Shown: positions 56,390 to 64,000 of the stretch, piece after piece
Layout of the letters: each line of letters begins with the position of its first letter
How positions within the stretch are numbered: the first letter of the stretch is position 1
The notes under the pieces: model-generated
Told to the model about the DNA's origin: nothing
The model's input: the letters and a program-made list of their open reading frames with translations, nothing else
The model's database searches: none
From: Cyanophora paradoxa CCMP329
Lineage: Eukaryota; Plantae; Glaucophyta
DNA: 64,000 nucleotides
Direction of reading: 5' to 3'
NCBI GenBank assembly: GCA_004431415.1
Contig: QPMI01000689.1
Coordinates: forward strand, 1 to 64,000
Made by a program: the position numbers and the translations under genes

Positions 56390-57775
56390 CTAGCTAGTTT
56401 TGGTCCTTTCTCTTAGTGTTCTCTGAGGTTTAGGGGCTGTATATGACTCCTTAGTAGTCTGAAAGTCATTATACCATCTTTGGCTATTCACTTCTGAAAG
56501 CTTCTGTGTTCCTGCTATAGTGAGCTTTTTGAGTTCCCTGTTAACTTTCCCAGCCTTCTCCTTTCTAGCCTCTATCAAAGGCTTATCTGGGACTTCATTA
56601 GCAGCTTCTATGCCCTCTCTCCTTATAGCAGCATCAACCCTAGCTTCCTCTTTAGCTTGCTCTAAGGCATCTACTGTAGGGGTTTCCAGATACTCAACTG
56701 CATTCACAGGCAACAGCTCATGGAAAGCAAACCTGTTATCTATGATCTCTCCAGTGGGACTCTTTAGCTTAAACTTGAAGCCTTCTCTACTATCAACAGT
56801 GTAAACCATCCTAGACCAATTGTTACCCTGTTTTGCAAAGGGGTTCTTCTCTACTTTCACTCTAACAAACATGCCAGGCTGCATGGTATCAAGATAAGCT
56901 ATTGATTTCTTGAATCTTTCATCTTCTAATCCCACTATATACCTATAATGCTCCTCTGTAGTTTCGCCTGGCTTCATCTTAGTAGCTGAGTGAACTGTAT
57001 TATTGTAATTATACTCAATATCACCTAACACATCAAAGAATCTAGCTGTATTATTAGCTATGCAGTAGTTTGTGATCAATCTCTTAATCTGCTTGTTAAA
57101 GGCTTCAATTCGACCTTGGCTTCTGTGGTCTGCAGTTCCACTCACTTGGTGTTCTATGTATTTACTAGATAGATACTCCTGGAATATTCGATTTTGGAAC
57201 TCACTTCCAGCATCTGATTGAACCTTTACTATGGGTCTTGCTACTCTCATCTCAAGCTGTTTAAATGCAGCTAATGTAGTGAGAGCTGATTTATCCCTAA
57301 TAGGTATGATATACCCAGTTCTCAGTGTGGATTCCATTGCAGTCATAAAGGTATCATAGCCATTGTTTTGTTTCTTATAAGCTGGGAAAAAGAGCAAATC
57401 AATCACATAGGTATCAAGGGGTTGCCTTATTGGGACCATGGGATCTCTCTTTCTAGATATAGCAGGTGCATTGATCTGAACTACCTCTTGCTTTTTATAG
57501 AACTCTTGCAACTGCTTATAGGATTCATCTGGTAACTCAGCCCTCATAGCTTGAAGCCCTTTGTAACCAGTTCTCACATCATAGAATCTCTTGGCAATCT
57601 TACTGGTTTCTTTCACTGCAATAGCAACTGGGATCTCTACTGGGACAAGCTCTTTCATCTCAGACTTTTTGACAATTCGAGATTCCCCTTTTTCCTCCTT
57701 TGGAACTGTGATAGGCAGTAGGTTACCTTGTAGTTGCTCAGTGGTTCTCCTAACTATTCTTCCAGTTGCTGGCAT
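56390..57775 (-). CDS. Retroviral-type (rve) DDE integrase
   Basis: YVIDLLF...VQSDAGSEF...SQGRIEAFNKQIKR...YNYNNTVHSATKMKP; C-terminal VRVK...NWSR.VYTV typical of Polinton integrases. Confidence 0.93.
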   Translation of the reverse strand: MPATGRIVRRTTEQLQGNLLPITVPKEEKGESRIVKKSEMKELVPVEIPVAIAVKETSKIAKRFYDVRTGYKGLQAMRAELPDESYKQLQEFYKKQEVVQINAPAISRKRDPMVPIRQPLDTYVIDLLFFPAYKKQNNGYDTFMTAMESTLRTGYIIPIRDKSALTTLAAFKQLEMRVARPIVKVQSDAGSEFQNRIFQEYLSSKYIEHQVSGTADHRSQGRIEAFNKQIKRLITNYCIANNTARFFDVLGDIEYNYNNTVHSATKMKPGETTEEHYRYIVGLEDERFKKSIAYLDTMQPGMFVRVKVEKNPFAKQGNNWSRMVYTVDSREGFKFKLKSPTGEIIDNRFAFHELLPVNAVEYLETPTVDALEQAKEEARVDAAIRREGIEAANEVPDKPLIEARKEKAGKVNRELKKLTIAGTQKLSEVNSQRWYNDFQTTKESYTAPKPQRTLRERTKTS

Positions 57776-57778
57776 CTC

Positions 57779-60700
57779 TTAATTAAAAGGAACAGAATTA
57801 ATACCATCTGGTAAGATGTATCTCTTTGCATCAAAGCAGTTTAGGGCAACCCTTCTACTCACAGTATCTATTATTGTGTGATCTGCCCTTCTCTTCTGCT
57901 TTGCAGTCACAGTCTTGCTGATACCTGCAAATAAACACTCCTTAAAATCATTGAATTGGAGTTCCTCAGTGGAAGTCCCAGAGAGCTTACTCCTCTCAAT
58001 CTCAGCAGTTCTGAAACTGTAAACTTTAGCTCTCAGACCCACATACTCCAATATAGCAGAACCTGGCATCTCATTTTTGTATTTACCTGGGGTCATTCTG
58101 TTAGATCCCCCTAGGTCCAAGGCATAAGATATATTCTCTATATCTTTTTGTAAGGTCTTAGATTCAATATATAGACAGAAGGAGTCAGTATCATGGAATA
58201 GTAACTTGGCTTTGGACCATTGGGACCTCACAGTATCATAGAAGAACTTGTAGTTATGCAGTTTGGCAGCATCCAAAACATAAGCCCCAATTGCAACTGG
58301 CTTATCTAGCTTCACATGTTTTGTGTAAAACTCAAAGGCAACTGCCCTTTCACTTATGGGACTTGTTGATTTCACTAAAGGAGAGGCTGCATATTTCATA
58401 AATAGCTTCTCAGTGTTGGCAATCTTAACCACAGATCGACCTCTACATGATTCAATGCATTTCCCATAGATTGAATTATTCATGAGCTTATAGAAATCAG
58501 CCTCGAATTTATTCACTGCTTTCCTTCTCATATCAGTGTTCAGCTCAATATAAGATTTCATTACAGGAGCCACAGTAAATGATAGGACCCTGTGGACTTT
58601 ACTCAATTTCACCCCTTTGTCCAACAGATACTGTAGAAGAGGCTCAGAAATCACATAGTTGGTCACAGAACCAAAGGTTGCAGTTAGCTTAGGGGTCTTA
58701 TCAAGCTCTTCTCCCGAAAGATCTAATAGGCTCTTTTGATATTGTGATAATTCTGCATATTCTACTATTTTCTTGTTAATAATTAGGGGAAAATCACTGT
58801 GATCTAGAAACAGCCTAATTGGGTAATCCAGATCAACTTCTAGGAAACTGGATCTGTTATCTTGTGGGTTGAATTCGGTCTCCCATCTAAAATCACCAAC
58901 TGGGATTGGCTGACTCAAACAGTAGCCATACAAGTTGTTAGCATCAAACAGCATAATATGGGAGTTCTCACCATCAGCCTCAGCATACCTACAAGGCATT
59001 GTTGCAAAGCCACCCCTGATTCCCCTCTCAACAAATTCGTATTGCTCTACATCACTTATAAGCTCTATTTTTGCCTTGGTGGTCCTTAACATAGCATCCC
59101 AAGATAACCCAGGGGCAGATACATAATGAACTGGGTCAAGTCCATATACTGAGTGTGAAAGCCTTCTGAAGGCTTGGAATTTGTTCATTAACTCAGTCAC
59201 ATCAGCAGCTCCGAAATCCATGAAATTACTGGCATCAATGAACTTGTAAAGACCCCATTGCAATGATAGGTATTGATCAAAATTTTTCGAAAGGATTTCA
59301 ATTCGCTTTTTATCACCCATGCCTGCTATTTTTCTGAAAATGAATGTCCCACAGTCATCCATTTGGTCAACAACAACTGCAACTTTGGTTTGCTTTGAGA
59401 TTCTCCTATGGAGATTGCAGTTTCTGCATGCAGGAGCAATGTAATGACCTGTGTGATGATCATGATCCCTGCATTTGAAGTTCTCTTTGGTGAACCTCTC
59501 ACTGCAAAGGTAACAGTGTTTAGTAGCCCTGTAAACAGCCTTTTGCTCATCTGTGAGTTCATTCATGGGTATATTGGTAAACAGAAAATCGATCAGTTCT
59601 CTTGCTTTGGACTCCAAGCATTCAAAGAGACCTCCCATTGGATCCTGCCCCTCAAATCGAAAATCTTGAACATCTGCCCCAGTGACTATTCTTATGTTGA
59701 CTGCTGAGACTTCTCTCTTGGATTTCGATGCATCTATGGGGATGCTTCTATGTTCAATCTTGCAGTAAACCACAACAGGAAGCCAAACAGTTTTCCTTAG
59801 GTTTTTCAGTCCAAACTCTATTGTGGTCTCAGGTTTAGGTGTGATTCCCTTTGAGAGTCTCCAATCAATGCATCTGTTTGAGTCCACATGAGCAGTGAGT
59901 TTAGCCTCAGACCTGAATCGAGATAAGCATGTGTCACAGTAGTGTAACTTCTGATCATTGTATGTTTCATGGTTAACTTTCAATAGCCTTGAAAGGGACA
60001 TGATTGTAATATAGTGACCATTCCCTTCATCATCAAATATCAGCATGAGATTAACCTTATGCTTTCTGCCTGGGTTACTTGATTGATGCAGGGGATAAAC
60101 AACCTCTCCATCGATTCCAAATATATTAATGCTAATGCCTGCATTTTGAGCCTCGAATTTATCAATTATTTCAGCATCACAGGCAACAGGGAATGGGATA
60201 TTGTCGAAATTGAGAGCCAGCGGATTATAAGCGATTGCTGAGTATTTCCATTTGCGATACTGTGAAAGCTCATTCCTCTTATGGGAGTTTATCGCTTTTC
60301 TGTGAATATATGCCAAAATTGCATTTTCGAAGCAGGAATCATCAATATTTCGAATATTCACTGTGGCTCTCTTCCTAGCAATCCACTCTGGGGTTTGTAG
60401 AAAGCATCCACCAGTTGGAGCATAACTCATAATAGCCACTCTGAGTATTTCAATTCTTTCTAAGCGATAGCTATCAACCACATTCATCTGCTCCTGACAC
60501 ATTTGGGCTGCTTTATTCAGCTCAGTTCGAATATTTCTCGATCTGGTTAATACAAAATAATCACTGTAAATGTATTTCGATATCCAAACCTGCGGATTGC
60601 TGACTTTAACGAACTTGCAGATAAAAGACAAGCGAACCTTGATTGCCCTGAATTGATCTAAACCCTGCCTTAATCGATTAGGAAGGGATGTAGCAATTCT

Positions 60701-61024
60701 GTCCAGGAATTCAATCACATCTACAACAACTTCCCTTCTGGCTCTGTAAGTGAGCCAGCGATATAATTCATTCATGGCTGTTCCATCTTCTGCCTCAGGT
60801 TCTATTTGCCTTAGGCGATCTAGTTCATCCAAGGTTTCAATTTTATCATATAGGTTATTTGCTTTTCTGGTTAATCTGGCTAAAGTGGGTCTACCCTTTG
60901 CAATTAAATCTATTTCCCGGTCATATTCAGCCTCTGTTATTTCATGGGCTGCATAAAGTGTTCCCAGCAATCCCATGAGTTCCCATTTCTTCTCTCTTAT
61001 GAGTTTGTTGGTAATTCGGGGCAT
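57779..61024 (-). CDS. Protein-primed family B DNA polymerase with N-terminal extension, OTU-like protease, C2H2 finger and EndoVII/HNH insert
   Basis: Pol motifs FDANNLYG, KLMNNSIYGK, HDTDSF and LRAKVYS; NIDDSCFENAIL...GHYITI; CDTC..F...L..H; CYLC...RDHDHHTG..IAPACRNCN. Confidence 0.95.
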   Translation of the reverse strand: MPRITNKLIREKKWELMGLLGTLYAAHEITEAEYDREIDLIAKGRPTLARLTRKANNLYDKIETLDELDRLRQIEPEAEDGTAMNELYRWLTYRARREVVVDVIEFLDRIATSLPNRLRQGLDQFRAIKVRLSFICKFVKVSNPQVWISKYIYSDYFVLTRSRNIRTELNKAAQMCQEQMNVVDSYRLERIEILRVAIMSYAPTGGCFLQTPEWIARKRATVNIRNIDDSCFENAILAYIHRKAINSHKRNELSQYRKWKYSAIAYNPLALNFDNIPFPVACDAEIIDKFEAQNAGISINIFGIDGEVVYPLHQSSNPGRKHKVNLMLIFDDEGNGHYITIMSLSRLLKVNHETYNDQKLHYCDTCLSRFRSEAKLTAHVDSNRCIDWRLSKGITPKPETTIEFGLKNLRKTVWLPVVVYCKIEHRSIPIDASKSKREVSAVNIRIVTGADVQDFRFEGQDPMGGLFECLESKARELIDFLFTNIPMNELTDEQKAVYRATKHCYLCSERFTKENFKCRDHDHHTGHYIAPACRNCNLHRRISKQTKVAVVVDQMDDCGTFIFRKIAGMGDKKRIEILSKNFDQYLSLQWGLYKFIDASNFMDFGAADVTELMNKFQAFRRLSHSVYGLDPVHYVSAPGLSWDAMLRTTKAKIELISDVEQYEFVERGIRGGFATMPCRYAEADGENSHIMLFDANNLYGYCLSQPIPVGDFRWETEFNPQDNRSSFLEVDLDYPIRLFLDHSDFPLIINKKIVEYAELSQYQKSLLDLSGEELDKTPKLTATFGSVTNYVISEPLLQYLLDKGVKLSKVHRVLSFTVAPVMKSYIELNTDMRRKAVNKFEADFYKLMNNSIYGKCIESCRGRSVVKIANTEKLFMKYAASPLVKSTSPISERAVAFEFYTKHVKLDKPVAIGAYVLDAAKLHNYKFFYDTVRSQWSKAKLLFHDTDSFCLYIESKTLQKDIENISYALDLGGSNRMTPGKYKNEMPGSAILEYVGLRAKVYSFRTAEIERSKLSGTSTEELQFNDFKECLFAGISKTVTAKQKRRADHTIIDTVSRRVALNCFDAKRYILPDGINSVPFN

Positions 61025-61085
61025 TATTCCTAACTTGTTCCTATTCTAAGGGGATATTTTATTTTAGGATGTTCTAAACGCATTT

Positions 61086-61436
61086 TTAAAATGTTTTAAT
61101 GGATCCATTGGCTTCCTCTGAATGGAATCGCAAAAACCGATTAATTCTAAATCTTGATTTCGGTTTTTGTAAATTGACTATCCAAGGTTCAAACAGATAC
61201 ATGTAATATGCTTCTCTGTTCATTAGGTCTTCATGCCCACCATTCTTGCTTGAATACAAGACTGAAAACTTGACATCAGCAGCCTTGCATAGGTCTGCTG
61301 TGGATTTCATTTCACCTGATTTGTGTTGTCTCCATCTTTTGTGTAGTGGCTGTGAGGTTCTCCCTATGTAGATTTTGTTCATTTCCTGACTCTCAATCAT
61401 ATAGATCGATCCAGAATCATGATCTGTTCCAGCCAT
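61086..61436 (-). CDS. GIY-YIG endonuclease
   Basis: GSIYMI...KIYIGRT...KRWRQH...NREAYY...VN. Confidence 0.88.
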   Translation of the reverse strand: MAGTDHDSGSIYMIESQEMNKIYIGRTSQPLHKRWRQHKSGEMKSTADLCKAADVKFSVLYSSKNGGHEDLMNREAYYMYLFEPWIVNLQKPKSRFRINRFLRFHSEEANGSIKTF

Positions 61437-61563
61437 GTCTTACTTCTAACATAAAAATATATTTTTCTATCTCTTAAATCATTTTTTGGAAATGGCTTAA
61501 AGCGAATTTGAAAAAAGGATATAGAGGAAAAATTATTTTCTTTTCTACTAGTAGAAAGGATCG

Positions 61564-62049
61564 ATGAATACCCAAGATATCATAGAAACCCTGAAAGCTT
61601 CGACCTCAATACCTGTTGAGGATGCCACAAGTATGTTTACTGATGCAACTAGAGATCTTTTGGATCGCTCTGTGAGTGAAAACAAAATCTTTGTGATCTC
61701 AAACACTGAAAAGCATGTCAAAATGTTTCGGAATTTGAATGTGGTCAATGGATATTCTCCTGAGAGAAGGCAACTTTGCTTCATTCTCTTCAAAGACAGT
61801 GGTTACCTAGTTCCCCAATCGATTTCTAAGAGTATTCTGAAATCGTTCTTACATGATGTCATCATATCTTTTGAGAGGGAAGAGGATACAACATGTGTTA
61901 TTTGTTTGGAAACTGATGAACCCCCTGGGACATGGAGTTGTTTCAAGTGTAATAGTCAAGTATGTGGTGACTGCACAGCAAAGCTGCCATCAAAAGATCA
62001 ATTCAAATGTCCAGTATGTAGAAGTGATCTTAGTGTTAAGTTGACTTAG
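61564..62049 (+). CDS. RING-finger protein (putative E3 ubiquitin ligase)
   Basis: CVIC...CFKC...VCGDC...KCPVCR (all-Cys RING variant). Confidence 0.8.
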   Translation: MNTQDIIETLKASTSIPVEDATSMFTDATRDLLDRSVSENKIFVISNTEKHVKMFRNLNVVNGYSPERRQLCFILFKDSGYLVPQSISKSILKSFLHDVIISFEREEDTTCVICLETDEPPGTWSCFKCNSQVCGDCTAKLPSKDQFKCPVCRSDLSVKLT

Positions 62050-62222
62050 TGGGTGGAGTTGAGGCACTTTTTATTTCTTTTTAGGGCAGAGTCCTCTTTC
62101 AGAATCTGTGAAAAAATGAGTCAACTCCCCCCACTTAGTCAACCTAATCGATAAATAAACCATAAATAAAAGACTGTTTGGGTCTTTTATGATAAATTTG
62201 AGTCAACTATGAGTCCACTTTT
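62040..62222. repeat. Internal copy of the terminal inverted-repeat module
   Basis: GTTGACTTAGTGGGTGGAGTTGA ... TCAACTCCCCCCACTTAGTCAAC ... TGAGTCAACTATGAGTCCACTTT, homologous to 55398-55585. Confidence 0.85.
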
Positions 62223-62230
62223 GAATAAAC

Positions 62231-64000
62231 CTAAACTTCAACATCAGAATCATAATCTGATGCATCTGGATCAGCAGCAGGTAGGTCCTGTTTCATTCTT
62301 GGATTAGCTTCTTCCTCAATAGTGTCATCATCTACAAGTTTCATCTTTCTGAATTCCTCAAATACTTGTGGGAATAGGAAATGATAGTATTGTTTGCCAT
62401 TTGTAGTTTTCACTTGAATATATGTAACACTTCTCATTTCAGTATAATATCTGCGACTATTATAATCGTTTTTATATTTGTTGCTGGTAATGAACTCCTG
62501 GAACCACTTCCAGGTTTCCACAAGGCTACCAGACTTGCATTTATTCTCGGAAATTAAGCCTCGATCCACAAGCCACTTAGTGAACATAAGAATGATTGGG
62601 GCGCATACCTGCTGGGCTAAATAGTATTTATTTGTAAGGGGTCTATCAGCAATCCAGTTCACATCCTCACAGTCAACTTTGGTTCTCAAATAGTGGGCAA
62701 TGTTTCGAATATTGCAGTGATCATTAAGCCATTTTACAAGTGGAAGGAAGTATGACCTATCCTTTGCGAATTTCTTACTAACTTCAACAACCACAAATCG
62801 CCTATCTCCAGCTTCAATTTTCACTGGAATGTTATTATTGCTGGTAAATATAATCCTGGCAAAGTTGCTTTTTGTGTATGAATCTATCCCTTTGTGTTCA
62901 ATTACAATCTTATCAGAAGTTATGAGATCTTTGAGCATATCATTATTTTCGAATGTGTCCTTGCCTGAGGCTTCATTGACAACAATCAAGATCTTATCCT
63001 CTCTGTTGTGGGCAAATCGACCAAACAGATCCTCTTTTGGCTTACCAGTTGCATAACTCAGGGCATCTCCAAGTATCTTCTTTTGAAAAGTATCAACCAA
63101 CACATTCTTACCAGTTCCTTGTTCACCAATGAAGATTATGGATACTCCATTGAGTTCCCCAGGCTTTTGCAGCATGTGGGCAAACCATTTCAATAGATAT
63201 TCGTAGGTATTTTGATCCTCACCAGACATTAAGAACAAGTGATCTAGGAAAGGCTTAATCATCTCAGCAGTTACATCCTCTGGAGCATTTTCGAATTGCT
63301 GATGGTCAACCTTCATTCCTGGATAGAGATTAAATACAGACTTGCATTTGGCACTGAGAGTAGCAGGAGGTGGGAGGAAATCCATGTAAGTTGATCTTGT
63401 GGCTGTTGGATCCACAATCCATTTCCTAAATGATTGCTCCCATTTCTCTTTCTCATTATCTGTCCCCTCATTCACAATCACCTTATGCATCAAGTGGGGG
63501 AAATGCTTTGTAGAGAGCTTCCCAATATCTTTTGGCATCCAGCAAAGTAGTTGTTCATCCCAGAGCATCACACAACCAACATTTTCAACATGATGCATTC
63601 GAGCATTGAAATACCTCTTATGCACATTGTAATGTTCAGCCAAAGGAGGGATACTTGCAGTCTTGTAATCGATTTCATCTGTGTCCTCTGGTAGGAATGC
63701 ATACTTTTTGGGGAAGAGTTCCTTGAAAAGCTCATTGTTATCTTTGCTCAACCAATAAACCAAGGATTTGAAGGTTAACACTTTGCCAGGCTCAACCTTC
63801 TTCTTGCTTCTGCGAAGCTGTGTAAACTTCTCCTGGCATTCATCATAATCATACTTGTCACTCTGTTCTGAGAATTGGTGGAAGAGTTCAGCTTGCATTT
63901 TAGGGGTGAACTTGTTGTCTTCCCCAACATTGATGATGACCAGTCCTACATCAATCCAAGTTTTATACTCATTAGCTCTCTCACCATTCAGACCCATTAT
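62231..64000 (-). CDS. Primase-helicase C-terminal part (PriCT-2 plus SF3/D5-like helicase), probably 5'-truncated by the window edge
   Basis: YKTWIDVG...FSEQSDKYD (PriCT-2); Walker A GEQGTGKN; IVVNEA; LKDLITSD..IEHKG; IFTSNN; DRRF. Confidence 0.9.
   Translation of the reverse strand: MMGLNGERANEYKTWIDVGLVIINVGEDNKFTPKMQAELFHQFSEQSDKYDYDECQEKFTQLRRSKKKVEPGKVLTFKSLVYWLSKDNNELFKELFPKKYAFLPEDTDEIDYKTASIPPLAEHYNVHKRYFNARMHHVENVGCVMLWDEQLLCWMPKDIGKLSTKHFPHLMHKVIVNEGTDNEKEKWEQSFRKWIVDPTATRSTYMDFLPPPATLSAKCKSVFNLYPGMKVDHQQFENAPEDVTAEMIKPFLDHLFLMSGEDQNTYEYLLKWFAHMLQKPGELNGVSIIFIGEQGTGKNVLVDTFQKKILGDALSYATGKPKEDLFGRFAHNREDKILIVVNEASGKDTFENNDMLKDLITSDKIVIEHKGIDSYTKSNFARIIFTSNNNIPVKIEAGDRRFVVVEVSKKFAKDRSYFLPLVKWLNDHCNIRNIAHYLRTKVDCEDVNWIADRPLTNKYYLAQQVCAPIILMFTKWLVDRGLISENKCKSGSLVETWKWFQEFITSNKYKNDYNSRRYYTEMRSVTYIQVKTTNGKQYYHFLFPQVFEEFRKMKLVDDDTIEEEANPRMKQDLPAADPDASDYDSDVEV

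Larger units (their letters stand above)
54798..64000. mobile_element. Endogenous Polinton/Maverick-like or PLV/virophage-like DNA virus, left portion (continues beyond the window)
   Basis: Sharp GC-to-AT boundary; ~1.6 kb non-coding terminal region; intronless rve integrase, pPolB, GIY-YIG, RING and primase-helicase genes. Confidence 0.93.

Noticed and set aside
54798-64000. Bacterial prophage or contaminant
   Set aside because: The rve integrase + pPolB + RING set is eukaryotic Polinton/PLV-like, and the junction has a structured terminus. A chimeric join cannot be fully excluded without reads.
54798-64000. Definite classification as virophage versus Polinton versus PLV
   Set aside because: Capsid, packaging ATPase and maturation protease genes are not in the window.
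1-64000. tRNA or rRNA genes
   Set aside because: None recognised; the only rRNA-related sequence is the antisense snoRNA guides.

Overview
Eukaryotic, GC-rich, intron-dense protist or algal DNA in three zones. The host is not identifiable from the window; the plant-type CXIP4 N-terminus is compatible with an archaeplastid-like host. (1) ~2-33.6 kb, host genes mostly in tight head-to-head pairs: CXIP4-like zinc knuckle; PTB/hnRNP-L-like RRM protein with six intronic copies of a dual-guide C/D snoRNA and a QGYS-repeat tail; a spliced SARM1-like TIR gene; an M50 protease; a ~16 kb gene with ~13 C2 domains; a Cid1/TUTase-like nucleotidyltransferase. Many introns are GC-AG. (2) ~33.7-54.8 kb, accessory zone: TE ends, tandem and inverted duplications, a CXC+HNH gene, and a block of orphan genes (including an intronless HNH) that share private promoter motifs. 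(3) 54.8 kb to the window end: the left part of an AT-rich Polinton/PLV/virophage-like endogenous virus inserted into an orphan gene. It has a terminal hairpin, rve integrase, pPolB with OTU-like and HNH domains but an apparently dead proofreading exonuclease, GIY-YIG, RING and primase-SF3 helicase. Capsid genes and the right end are not in the window. Exon boundaries were assembled by eye, and homology calls rest on recalled motifs, not database searches.
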